A program made the position numbers and the translations under genes. Shown piece after piece: positions 24,374 through 32,833 of a DNA stretch of 40,963 nt. The stretch is from a virus. Its lineage: Duplodnaviria; Caudoviricetes. The DNA is taken from positions 1 through 40,963 of the IMG/VR virus record IMGVR_UViG_3300037424_001370; one strand, written 5' to 3'. The notes beneath the pieces are model-generated. The model was not told where the DNA came from. It saw only the letters and a list, made by a program, of their open reading frames with translations, and did no database searches. Within the stretch, counting starts at the first letter, position 1; every line of letters starts with the position of its first letter.

Positions 24374-24903
24374 AGCAGCAGCTCCGCGAGCCGCGCCAGG
24401 TAGAACTTCTCGGCGACGTCCGGCAGCCAGCCGTGGATCTCGACGGGCAACGCGGTGTAGTCGTCGTCCTGCGACCAGCGCTCGGCCCTCGACATGAGCG
24501 CGGCGCGCTCGGTAAGCAGGATCCGGCTGTCGGCTTCCGTGACCTCGGCCGGGAGGTTCGTGCTGATGCCGAACCGCGCCGCGATCGCGTACCAGACCGT
24601 GTCCTCGATCGTCCAATAACAGTCGAGGTACGCCTTGAGCGGCCGGGGCACGTCGACGACGTAGGCCTCCGTCGCGTCGTGCAGCAGGGCCGCCAGCGCG
24701 TGGTCGGGCGTCACGGCCCTCGACATGAGGACGCAGTGCTCGGCGACGCTGTAGAACCGGTCGACGTGCCCGCCGTAGCGGCAGAGCAGCGAGAGCGCGT
24801 GGGCGATGTCCTCGGGGTTGATCTCGTTGGGGCGCGGGTCGATCGGGTAGAACCGGCCACCGCTGTAGGTCTGCATCCAGTCGCCGCGGCCCGTGCCTCT
24901 CAC
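24370..24903 (-). CDS. HD-domain phosphohydrolase (YfbR-like 5'-deoxynucleotidase)
   Basis: DIAHALS…RYGGH…YSVAEH…LLHDATEAY…D.PRPLK. Confidence 0.9.
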   Translation of the reverse strand: MRGTGRGDWMQTYSGGRFYPIDPRPNEINPEDIAHALSLLCRYGGHVDRFYSVAEHCVLMSRAVTPDHALAALLHDATEAYVVDVPRPLKAYLDCYWTIEDTVWYAIAARFGISTNLPAEVTEADSRILLTERAALMSRAERWSQDDDYTALPVEIHGWLPDVAEKFYLARLAELLL

Positions 24904-25076
24904 GCCGGGCTCGCTTCGACGAGATCGAGTCGGGCGCGGGTGAGCAGCCGGTCGAGGACGTCGACGATCTCGACCGGATCCGAGGTCTCTTCGGGGTCGG
25001 CCCCGAGCAGGGGCCACTCCTCGAGCAGCTCCTCGGCGATCCGGAGCAGCACGATGCGGCGTTCGGGCGCCCTCAT
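24900..25076 (-). CDS. Hypothetical protein
   Basis: Coupled small ORF. Confidence 0.55.
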   Translation of the reverse strand: MRAPERRIVLLRIAEELLEEWPLLGADPEETSDPVEIVDVLDRLLTRARLDLVEASPA

Positions 25077-25354
25077 GCCGGCACCTGCCCGCGCGTCCAC
25101 TCGGCGACGACCTCATGGTCCTCTGCCGGGCTGACTTCGTCGATCGCGTCGAGCTCGGCCACCAGCTGCCGCGCTCCGGCCCACGCGTCGAGCTCGGCTC
25201 GTCGCTGGACGTCGATGACCACGACGCCGCGCGCCGCGAGGCTGTCGGCCAGCGCGAGCACGGCCATGTCGGGGCGCTGGATGCAGCCCGGCTGTGACAG
25301 CCGGAGCGCGTTGGCCTCGAGGGACTCTGCGATGGCCCTGGCGAGCGCGCTCAC
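25073..25354 (-). CDS. Hypothetical protein
   Basis: Coupled small ORF. Confidence 0.55.
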   Translation of the reverse strand: MSALARAIAESLEANALRLSQPGCIQRPDMAVLALADSLAARGVVVIDVQRRAELDAWAGARQLVAELDAIDEVSPAEDHEVVAEWTRGQVPA

Positions 25355-25809
25355 ACCGGGCTCCCCGCGACGATCGCGGCGCAGTTGCAGTTCCCGGTAG
25401 TTCGATGGCACCCCATGCACCGACGTGCTGCACGCCGCCCAGTGGACACGTCGGGATCGGGCCGGTACGTCCTTGCGCCGCAGCGACACGTGGGGCCGCT
25501 GAACGGGTCGGGCTCGGCATAGGCCGCTTGCCGGATCGCTTCGGTGTTGGCCTTCGCCAGCGGGACCATGCAGCCGCCCTGGCAGTCGAGGCAGTAGCCT
25601 TCCGGGAGGATGTGGTGATCACCTGTCGGCGTCAGGGCACCCTCGGTCATCGTCCCGACGACGCGGAAGCGCTCGCGCTCGGCGTCGAGGGTGGCGAGAA
25701 GGCGGGCCGCCACGAGGTTCGTCCATTGCAGAGTGCCGTCGTCGCCAAGCAGGCGGACGGATTCTCGGAACTTCGCCTCATCCTCAGGGCTGATCGGCTG
25801 GGCCTTCAT
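25351..25809 (-). CDS. Hypothetical Cys-rich protein
   Basis: CLDC, CRC, CMGC…CNC; bracketed by 21-bp direct repeats. Confidence 0.6.
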   Translation of the reverse strand: MKAQPISPEDEAKFRESVRLLGDDGTLQWTNLVAARLLATLDAERERFRVVGTMTEGALTPTGDHHILPEGYCLDCQGGCMVPLAKANTEAIRQAAYAEPDPFSGPTCRCGARTYRPDPDVSTGRRAARRCMGCHRTTGNCNCAAIVAGSPV

Positions 25810-25943
25810 GCCGGGCTCCCCGCGACGATCGAGAACACGAGCACGACGTAGCCCACGAGACACGCCACGGGCGTCAGGAGCACCGCGGCGACGACCTGTG
25901 CCGGGCTCTGCGCCCAGGCCTCGGCGATGACCTCGCGGATCAT
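25806..25943 (-). CDS. Small membrane protein
   Basis: Hydrophobic VVAAVLLTPVACLVGYVVLVFSIV. Confidence 0.55.
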   Translation of the reverse strand: MIREVIAEAWAQSPAQVVAAVLLTPVACLVGYVVLVFSIVAGSPA

Positions 25944-26278
25944 CAGCCCATCTCGCGATCGCGCGGGGGCGGGGGCGGCTTCGGCGGCCGCGTCTCGACC
26001 GTGCCGAACACGCCGCGGAGGTCGCCCTTCGGCGGCTCGTCGGTGGTGACGACGGGCTCGGTGCTGATCCCGAGGCTGACCGGCGGGATCGGCTCCATGC
26101 CGTAGATGCCCAGGCGGATGGTGGCGCCGGCCGCGATCAGCTCGAGCTCGCCCGGCTCGAGCAGCCACTCCATGAACACGGTGCGCTCGGCGGGCACGCG
26201 CTCGACCCAGGCGTCACCGATGTCGGGAGTCGGGCCGCGGTAGACGAAGTTGGACCGGTTGGTCCGGACGGGGATCAC
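25943..26278 (-). CDS. Hypothetical protein
   Basis: W…ELELIAAGA.I.L…PPV pattern seen in small phage proteins. Confidence 0.65.
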   Translation of the reverse strand: MIPVRTNRSNFVYRGPTPDIGDAWVERVPAERTVFMEWLLEPGELELIAAGATIRLGIYGMEPIPPVSLGISTEPVVTTDEPPKGDLRGVFGTVETRPPKPPPPPRDREMG

Positions 26279-27087
26279 GCCTCGCCCTCCGACGCCTTCC
26301 GGCGGGGCCGCTTGGCGACATCGCGGATGCGGCCGAGCTCACGCAGGAGCAGCTGGCCGGCGTCGCTCTCGATGAGCTCGGTGAAGTCCCCGCGTCGCTC
26401 GAGGCGCGCGTAGGCAGCCTGGAGCGTCTCGTCGGGGAGGACCAGGCCGTTGAAGCGGGACACGTCCCGGGTGACCGTGACGTTCTCTCCCAGCTCGCCG
26501 GAGGCGGCCCCTTCGACCAGCGCCTCGCCGACGGCGCTCGCGATGTCCTCGAACGAGACGGGGTCGCCCTGGTCCTCGGCGGGTCCCTCACCGCGCTGGA
26601 GCGCCCGCACGAACGCAGCCGTGTCAGGCAGCGCCGAGCCGAAGTGGCGCGCGACGTCGTTGAACCCCGCGTAGTCGTGGTCTCGGGTGGAGAGCTTCCA
26701 GGTGCCCTTGACGAACGCCGCGTCGAAGTGGAGCAACAGGTGCAGCAGGAGCGCGTCCCGGCTGTCGTCGTCGAACAGGTCCCACACCTGCTTGCGGACC
26801 CACACGATCGCGTCGAGGTCCACCAGATCTCGCCACACGGGCGATGCCTTGACGCTCTTGCCGATCACCCCGCATACGAGGCGCTCGGTGGCCGTATCGA
26901 AGGGCTTGACGTTGAAGAGGAACCCGAAGCGCAGCTCGCCCTGGGTGGCGGCCTCGCGGATCGGGTAGAGCTCGTCGAACCGGCCCATGAGAATCCCCGC
27001 TCGCGCCTTGAGCGCCCGGTCGAGCAGGAACTGGCGCCCGTCGACGTCGAGCTGGAGTGTCTGGGGCTCTGCGGCCACGTGGGTCAA
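26275..27087 (-). CDS. Phage metallopeptidase-like protein, catalytic Glu absent
   Basis: W…DALLLHLLLH…HDYAGFNDVARHFG. Confidence 0.6.
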   Translation of the reverse strand: MTHVAAEPQTLQLDVDGRQFLLDRALKARAGILMGRFDELYPIREAATQGELRFGFLFNVKPFDTATERLVCGVIGKSVKASPVWRDLVDLDAIVWVRKQVWDLFDDDSRDALLLHLLLHFDAAFVKGTWKLSTRDHDYAGFNDVARHFGSALPDTAAFVRALQRGEGPAEDQGDPVSFEDIASAVGEALVEGAASGELGENVTVTRDVSRFNGLVLPDETLQAAYARLERRGDFTELIESDAGQLLLRELGRIRDVAKRPRRKASEGEA

Positions 27088-28457
27088 CCTCCCTTCGCCA
27101 GCTCGCGGGCAAGGGCCGCGCGCTGGGTGTCATCGAGCCGGGCCACGCCCGGGAACAGCTGCGCCGCGATCGACTTCGCGTACGCGGTGGAGATCCGGTG
27201 CTCGCCCAGCCAGGCGGTGAAGGCCTCGCTGGACAGGCTCTCGGGCTCGGCCTCATCGACGGCGCGCCAGACGGCGGCCTCCTCGTCATCGGACAGTGCC
27301 GGTCCGTCGCCCTCAGACGGCCCCTGCGGGGCGGGAGCGCCCGGTCCGCTGTCCGTGTCCGCCTCGGCCGGCGTCGCCGCAGGGGCGGGCTGGGGCGCTG
27401 GCTCGGTGGCGAATGAGGGGATGAGCCGGTGCACGTTCTCCCAGTCCGCCTCGGACAGGGTCGACATGCTGAAGCCCTTCACCGGGACGCCCCTCATGCC
27501 GGCGGCGATGGTGCGGATCGCGTCGGCCTCGAGCCCACGCTCAGCGGCCTCGGCGAACGCGCGCGCCTGCCAGTAGCCATCCTCTCCGGCGACCTTCGCA
27601 GGAGCCGACCGTCGGCGGCCCGATGCCGGGATCTCCGGTGCGGCGTTCCGCCTGGCGGGGGGCGGCTGGGGCGGGGCGGACTGCTCGGCGATCGACGGCC
27701 GCGGGCCCTCGATCTGCGGGACCGGGGTCAGGCGACGCTCCGGTGGCGCACCCTCGGCGAGGGCCGCCACGGGAATGCCGGCCGGCTGGCCGGCGAGCAG
27801 GAACTCGCCCGGCGTGATGCCGAGGTCCAGGCGCGGCACCGCGAACCGCAGCGTCTGCGGCTTCCCGTCCTTGCCCGGCCGCTTGACCGACCGCTGCTCG
27901 AGGAGGAGGCGCGCCGGGACCATGACGCCGCGCCCGGCGGCCAGGCCCATGATCTCGATCGCCCCGCCGAGCTCGCGGGCGGCGTACCAGCCCTGCGTGT
28001 CGAGCCGCCAGAGCGCGAGTCCGGGCAGGTCCCGGATCATGAGCGAGAGCCGGGTGTGGATCTCGCATGTCCCCTTGACCTTGGCCGCCCGCTCGTCCGG
28101 GTCACACAGACAGGGCTGCTCGGAGAGGTGCTCGGTCTGCCCATCGCACCTGCGCTGGCATCCGCCGGCCGACCACAGCTCGAAGTGCTGCGAGAACGCC
28201 ATCGCGTTGGGAGGCACGATCACGTCGAGCGCGGTCGCCTCGGTGATGACCTCCCACTGCCGGCCGGCCGGCGCCTCCCAGGGCGTGACCTTGCCGCCGA
28301 ACAGGCCCGCGGCCTCCTCGATGCGCCGGCGGTCGGAGCTGGTGAGCCGGAAACGATCCAGCTTCTCGGGGCGGGTCCGGCCGCCGCTGGTCGGGACCTG
28401 CTGGCCGATGCGGATACGCCCCGCCTCCGCGATCCCCCTCTGCAAATCGATGATCAC
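27084..28457 (-). CDS. Gp3-like (phiC31 RDF-related) recombination/replication protein
   Basis: GRIRIG…KLDRFRLTS…CQRRCDG…TRLSL…WRLDT.GW.AA.EL. Confidence 0.7.
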   Translation of the reverse strand: MIIDLQRGIAEAGRIRIGQQVPTSGGRTRPEKLDRFRLTSSDRRRIEEAAGLFGGKVTPWEAPAGRQWEVITEATALDVIVPPNAMAFSQHFELWSAGGCQRRCDGQTEHLSEQPCLCDPDERAAKVKGTCEIHTRLSLMIRDLPGLALWRLDTQGWYAARELGGAIEIMGLAAGRGVMVPARLLLEQRSVKRPGKDGKPQTLRFAVPRLDLGITPGEFLLAGQPAGIPVAALAEGAPPERRLTPVPQIEGPRPSIAEQSAPPQPPPARRNAAPEIPASGRRRSAPAKVAGEDGYWQARAFAEAAERGLEADAIRTIAAGMRGVPVKGFSMSTLSEADWENVHRLIPSFATEPAPQPAPAATPAEADTDSGPGAPAPQGPSEGDGPALSDDEEAAVWRAVDEAEPESLSSEAFTAWLGEHRISTAYAKSIAAQLFPGVARLDDTQRAALARELAKGG

Positions 28458-29365
28458 GATGCGCCTCCCTCGGCGGGCACGAGCGGCTCGCCCATCACGC
28501 GCTTGGAGTCCTGGAACAGCCAGCGGGCCGCGTCCTGGACCGCGAGGTACGCCTCGAACACGGGCTCGTCGCAGACGATCGGAAAGGCCTCACACGCCGA
28601 CGGCGTGATGTGGATCACCAGGCCGGTGTCGACCTCGGGCACCGGGACCGCGACCTCGCGCTCGTCGGGGCCGAGCAGGTAGTACCTGCGCCGCATCTTC
28701 TCGGCGCGCCGCGGCCGCCACACGGCGGCGTACTTGGCCCACCGGTAGGCGGCCAGTTGCAAGCCCACCTGTTCCGGGTACGGCGTGGAGGGGCGGCCCT
28801 GGCTGTCGAGGGACTTGCGGCTCGACTTGATGTCGAAGATGTAGCGGACCCCGTCGAGGGTCAGGAACCCGTCTGCGGTCCCCGCGTACCCGAGCTCCGG
28901 GTGGAACACCGCGACCTCGGTCGCCTGGTAGGCCGGGCCGAACCGCCCGAGCCAGTCGTCGAACCGGTCGAGGAAGGGGACCACCTCGGCGTCGACATCG
29001 GTCGGGCGCGTCCCGGTCAGGGCGTACTGCTCGCACCCCTCGTGGACCATCGTCCCGAGCTCGGTGGCGCTCCGCATCCCCTTGGGCTTGCGGAACCGCG
29101 CGTCGCGCAGCCACTTGAGCACCGGGCAGCTCGCGGCATCGGTGTGCCGGCAGGCGGGGTCGTCGTCGGCGAGCATGCCCTGCCAGGTCGCCTCGTTGTG
29201 GACGGCCGCGAGCGCGCTCTGCTCGGCGGCCCAGTAGAGGAGCGCGGGCTTGTCGAGGGCGTTCAGAATTGTGGTTACGCTCCAGAGCTGGAGGTCGTCA
29301 GCGGCCGGCGCGGCACCCTCGATGGCGGGCTGGCCGAGTGCCCCGGCCGGGTTCGCGATCGCCAT
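28454..29365 (-). CDS. PD-(D/E)XK exonuclease (RecB/Cas4-like)
   Basis: SVTTIL…KPAL.YW, GTMVH, YAGTAD, DIKS, QLAAY. Confidence 0.88.
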   Translation of the reverse strand: MAIANPAGALGQPAIEGAAPAADDLQLWSVTTILNALDKPALLYWAAEQSALAAVHNEATWQGMLADDDPACRHTDAASCPVLKWLRDARFRKPKGMRSATELGTMVHEGCEQYALTGTRPTDVDAEVVPFLDRFDDWLGRFGPAYQATEVAVFHPELGYAGTADGFLTLDGVRYIFDIKSSRKSLDSQGRPSTPYPEQVGLQLAAYRWAKYAAVWRPRRAEKMRRRYYLLGPDEREVAVPVPEVDTGLVIHITPSACEAFPIVCDEPVFEAYLAVQDAARWLFQDSKRVMGEPLVPAEGGAS

Positions 29366-29736
29366 CACTCGCCCTCCGCCGGCGACTCGAACCCCGGCGA
29401 GACGTAGGCGTGGTGCTCGGCGGGCGCGTGGCAGGGCGTGAGACGAGCGGCCGAGCACGCCTCGACCGTGTCGTGGATGGCGTCCGACTCGGCGGCCCCG
29501 CACTGGTAGGTGTCGTGGTCGATCCGGTTGCGCCGGTGGGTCGTGTCCTGGCACTCGGCATGGTGGACGGAGACCATGATCGTCTCGGCGATCGGGCTCG
29601 CGAGCAGGACGTCCGACGGGTCGTAGCCGAGCCCGAGGGCGATGCCCTCGCCGATCTTCACGAGCTCGTCGCGCGTCGCCGGGCCGGCCGTGTTGACGTC
29701 GACCTCGGTGCTGACGGTGATGCGGTAGGCCGCCAT
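29365..29736 (-). CDS. Hypothetical protein
   Basis: Coupled; bracketed by 25-bp direct repeats. Confidence 0.6.
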   Translation of the reverse strand: MAAYRITVSTEVDVNTAGPATRDELVKIGEGIALGLGYDPSDVLLASPIAETIMVSVHHAECQDTTHRRNRIDHDTYQCGAAESDAIHDTVEACSAARLTPCHAPAEHHAYVSPGFESPAEGE

Positions 29737-29951
29737 CACTCGCCCTCCGCCGGCGTCGCCAGGTCGAGCTCGATCTCGGTGACCCGGATGACCTCGGTGT
29801 CGGGGATGATCAGGACGTGCGGCGGCTGGGCCTCACGCCACTCGTCGAACGACGCCTTGATCCTCTCCGCGACCTCTGGACTCAGGCGCTCCGTGGTCGC
29901 GAGGATCACGTGCCCCGTGTGGTTGATCACGAGCTGGAACGTCGTCTTCAC
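29736..29951 (-). CDS. Hypothetical protein
   Basis: GTG start coupled to the upstream stop. Confidence 0.55.
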   Translation of the reverse strand: MKTTFQLVINHTGHVILATTERLSPEVAERIKASFDEWREAQPPHVLIIPDTEVIRVTEIELDLATPAEGE

Positions 29952-30133
29952 AGCCCGATCCCCTCGCCCGCGAGCGACGCGCACGCCAGGCAGCGCCGGA
30001 GCGGCGGCCAGGCGAGCGGCTGCGGGACCACGAGCTCCCCACACATCGTCCGGGGCTGGCGCGGGTGGCTCGCGTGCGCGATGCGGTCGGCGCCGGCGAG
30101 CCAGCGGACCCGGGCGGGTGCGGCGGCGGTCAT
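29948..30133 (-). CDS. Small Zn-finger protein
   Basis: H…CG…CLAC. Confidence 0.6.
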   Translation of the reverse strand: MTAAAPARVRWLAGADRIAHASHPRQPRTMCGELVVPQPLAWPPLRRCLACASLAGEGIGL

Positions 30134-30369
30134 CGGAATGCCTCGGGGACCGCCTCGCCCTTGGCGATCACGATGCCGGCCCGCTGCGCGGCGTTGAGGA
30201 TGTTCGCCACCTGCCGCCTGAACGGCCACGTCGCGTCGTCAGGGTCGCCCTCCTGCTTCTTGAGGCCCGTGATCGCGATGACTAAAACCTGGGCGAACAG
30301 GAACGACTGGACCGGGTCCTCGGCCTCTAGGTCGATGTCACCCGGCTCGTACACGTGCAGCGTCTTCAC
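30130..30369 (-). CDS. Hypothetical protein
   Basis: Coupled ORF. Confidence 0.6.
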   Translation of the reverse strand: MKTLHVYEPGDIDLEAEDPVQSFLFAQVLVIAITGLKKQEGDPDDATWPFRRQVANILNAAQRAGIVIAKGEAVPEAFR

Positions 30370-30662
30370 GACGGCGTCCCCGTCCGGACGAAATGGTCCC
30401 CGTCCTCGACCGTCGCGGCGATCCGGCCCCGTGCCGCGTCGCGGATCTGCTCCAGCGCCCCGATGAGCGGCTCGACGGCCGCGATGATCCCGGCGTCGGT
30501 CGGCAGGCCGTAGCCCGCGGGCTTGAGGACGAGCGTCGAGTGCTCGGCGTCGTCGAGCTCCAGCCAGACGTGGCGCCGCCCGCCGTAGGACGGATCCCGA
30601 TCCGGCTGGTCATAGACCTCCGGCGGCGTCCTGGGGTCGATGCTGAACGTGATGCATGCCAT
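30366..30662 (-). CDS. Hypothetical protein
   Basis: ATG 30662 with GAGGA upstream. Confidence 0.6.
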   Translation of the reverse strand: MACITFSIDPRTPPEVYDQPDRDPSYGGRRHVWLELDDAEHSTLVLKPAGYGLPTDAGIIAAVEPLIGALEQIRDAARGRIAATVEDGDHFVRTGTPS

Positions 30663-30687
30663 GTGGCCCCGGTCCTCTCGTGAGGGC

Positions 30688-30720
30688 GGGCCGGCGGGGG
30701 AGCGTGTACCCCGCCGGCCC
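30688..30720. terminator. Perfect 12-bp hairpin in early operon
   Basis: gggccggcgggg-gagcgtgta-ccccgccggccc; intergenic, no U-tract. Confidence 0.5.
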
Positions 30721-30730
30721 TGCGGATACG

Positions 30731-31201
30731 TCAGGCGACTGCCTGACTGGTCAGGCGGCGTCGTGCCCTTGCCTCTCGGCAGTAGCTCGCGTCGCACAGG
30801 CGACACGCTCGGCGCGGCTTGTGTCCGTCGCCGCGCGACTTGAAGCGCGTGTTGGCTTCATCGAATGGATGCCCGGCCTTGCAGGCCGAACGGCGGGCAA
30901 CCGGGCGGTCGACGCACTCACGCCGAGCGTTCTCGGACCTCGTGACCGGCTCCAGGTGCGCGGGATTGACGCAGCGGGGGTTCCGGCACAGGTGGTCGAG
31001 CGTCAGGCCGTCAGGGATCGGGCCGCGGACGAGCTCGAAGATCACGCGGTATGCGAGGAGTTCGCGCCCGAGTTCGCCTCGTATCCGGCCGCGCCCGTCG
31101 GCGCGACACCTGCCGCGCCAGCCCCAGCAGGCTCCCGGGCCGCCTGATCGATCAACGCGGGGCCACGCACGCTCCGCGAGGTCTGGCCATCGGCGGGTCA
31201 T
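30731..31201 (-). CDS. HNH homing endonuclease
   Basis: CWGW…AYRV…DHLCRNPRCVNPAHLEPVT.SEN, plus C.AGH…C.LC domain. Confidence 0.9.
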   Translation of the reverse strand: MTRRWPDLAERAWPRVDRSGGPGACWGWRGRCRADGRGRIRGELGRELLAYRVIFELVRGPIPDGLTLDHLCRNPRCVNPAHLEPVTRSENARRECVDRPVARRSACKAGHPFDEANTRFKSRGDGHKPRRACRLCDASYCREARARRRLTSQAVA

Positions 31202-31488
31202 GACGGACTTCCAACGAGTCCGGCGCCTCGCTGGGAGCGAGACGGGGCACCGGGGGCTGCCTTGCGTCCCGCACCCAGCGGGGAGTCGGGATGGTCGGTG
31301 GGTTCGATCGGAAGCCCGCCCGTGATGGCGGGGCGCAGGACGCCGGCCCTGGCCTGATCGGCCCAGTTCTCGCCGAACGCGGACAGCGCCTCGCGCTCGT
31401 GGTCGGCGCACATCGCGTGGACGATCCCCGACACGGACGTGGGGACCGGCGCGCGGTCGCAGTCGGGAGCGGTGCAGTAGCGGGTCAC
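31198..31488 (-). CDS. Hypothetical Zn-binding protein
   Basis: CTAPDC…CADH. Confidence 0.6.
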   Translation of the reverse strand: MTRYCTAPDCDRAPVPTSVSGIVHAMCADHEREALSAFGENWADQARAGVLRPAITGGLPIEPTDHPDSPLGAGRKAAPGAPSRSQRGAGLVGSPS

Positions 31489-31610
31489 GGCAGCGCATCC
31501 AGGGCGTCGAGGACCGGGTCCAGCGCGGTCGCGACCGAGAGGGCGAGGACCACGGCCACGACGAGCACGATCGAGACGACCGCGAGGGTGGGGAGGGAGG
31601 CGTCGGTCAT
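31485..31610 (-). CDS. Small membrane protein
   Basis: Single TM helix; coupled. Confidence 0.55.
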   Translation of the reverse strand: MTDASLPTLAVVSIVLVVAVVLALSVATALDPVLDALDALP

Positions 31611-31801
31611 GCCAGCCCCCCGAGCACCGTCGAGGCCCACAGGCCGAGCAGCGTGCCGAGGAGGGCCGACAGCACGAGCACGGCCGTGCGCGCCTCCTCG
31701 TACCCCACGAGTCCGGGATCGGCGTGCAGCGTGATGCGAACGTCGCGCACGCGGCCGCCTGCAGCCCAGTAGGTGTGGCCGCCGATGGTGATGGGGGTCA
31801 C
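31607..31801 (-). CDS. Small membrane protein
   Basis: C-terminal TM helix; coupled to cro. Confidence 0.55.
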   Translation of the reverse strand: MTPITIGGHTYWAAGGRVRDVRITLHADPGLVGYEEARTAVLVLSALLGTLLGLWASTVLGGLA

Positions 31802-32016
31802 GACGCGACCGACTCAGGCTTGGGCGGGTAGGCGTTGACGAGCGTATGCAGCGCGGCCAGGTAACGGCGCGCGTGGATCTCGCCCAGCTCGGCGTTGGCC
31901 TCCCAGTCATAAATGGTGGGGCGACTGACGCCTACCGCCCTGGCGAGGGTCGAGATGGTCACTCCCGCGTTCCGTCGCTCCGTTGCCAGGGTCCGCCCGT
32001 CGGTCGTTTCGAACAT
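31798..32016 (-). CDS. Cro-like HTH regulator
   Basis: RRNAGVTISTLARAVGVSRPTIYDWE; first gene of the early operon. Confidence 0.85.
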   Translation of the reverse strand: MFETTDGRTLATERRNAGVTISTLARAVGVSRPTIYDWEANAELGEIHARRYLAALHTLVNAYPPKPESVAS

Positions 32017-32022
32017 GGCGCC

Positions 32023-32051
32023 ATGTTGCCGCACATGGCCCTACGTGTCAA
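32023..32051 (-). promoter_or_regulatory. Early (lytic) promoter
   Basis: TTGACA-17 bp-CAACAT; predicted +1 falls at the cro ATG (32016). Confidence 0.7.
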
Positions 32052-32075
32052 GCGCATGTAGGCACGTGTCGCCAC

Positions 32076-32112
32076 TGTGCGCCATCGTGCCGCGTTGTGC
32101 GCCGTTGTGCCG
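32076..32112. promoter_or_regulatory. Candidate operator repeats
   Basis: tgtgcgccatcgtgccg / tgtgcgccgttgtgccg; gtgc recurs every 10 bp between the two -35 boxes. Confidence 0.55.
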
Positions 32113-32121
32113 TCTGGCCTA

Positions 32122-32150
32122 TTGACAGATCGTTTACACCCGGCTACGGT
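32122..32150 (+). promoter_or_regulatory. Repressor promoter
   Basis: TTGACA-17 bp-TACGGT ending 9 nt before ATG 32160. Confidence 0.7.
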
Positions 32151-32159
32151 CACGGCACC

Positions 32160-32615
32160 ATGAAGAAGGGCATCGAGGAACGCGGACCCATCGCGGCGTG
32201 GCTCATCACGTCGCGCGGCTCCATGCGTGACCCAGGCGCCGCGCGTGGGTGGACGGTAGATCGGCTCCTGAAAGCCCTACAGACAGAGACGGGATGGGCC
32301 CCGGTCCGAACGACCTACGCGCGCTGGGAGTCTGGCGCGGCGCGCCCGGAGCCCGAGAACATCGCCCGGGTCGAGGCGTTCTATTCAGCCCACGGCATCG
32401 CCGGCCCGAATGTGAAGCCTGTATCCGAGCCCGCCCCTGACCTCGCTACGAGTCTCCTGGCTCTCGCTCACGAGCTGGCGGAGACGCGCCTGGAGCGGGA
32501 AACGCTAAAGGCACAGGTGGAGGAGATGTCGGCGACGCTCCGGGTGTTGGCCGAACGAGTCCTTGGCGAACAAGGAAACGCAACGCCAGCAGTGCTCGAC
32601 GCTCCCGGGGAGTGA
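32160..32615 (+). CDS. CI-like immunity repressor (XRE HTH with coiled coil)
   Basis: RGWTVDRL…RTTYARWESGAARP; divergent from cro. Confidence 0.8.
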   Translation: MKKGIEERGPIAAWLITSRGSMRDPGAARGWTVDRLLKALQTETGWAPVRTTYARWESGAARPEPENIARVEAFYSAHGIAGPNVKPVSEPAPDLATSLLALAHELAETRLERETLKAQVEEMSATLRVLAERVLGEQGNATPAVLDAPGE

Positions 32616-32833
32616 GCGGGATCTGATCAGTGATCTCTTCCACCGATATCCACCTCCTGCGTCACGGCGATCATCGGCGCCGGTTGTGCCAACAGTCCGT
32701 CACGCGCCCACGCTACGCCCGCATCGGTCCCGGCCACCAGTGGGCGGATGGTCCCGGGCGGTGCCCGTGTGAACCGGGCGGTGGCATGATGAACGCCGCC
32801 ACTTACGCGCGGCTTATGTGAGCGAGGTGAGGG

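Noticed and set aside
24370-24903. DatZ of a Z-genome (2-aminoadenine) pathway
   Set aside because: No purZ, mazZ or dedicated polymerase in the genome.
28454-29365. Cas4 indicating a CRISPR system
   Set aside because: Standard phage PD-(D/E)XK exonuclease in a recombination module; no other cas genes.
32630-32821. Small plus-strand ORF between repressor and lipoprotein
   Set aside because: No clear RBS or motif; cannot be supported from sequence alone.
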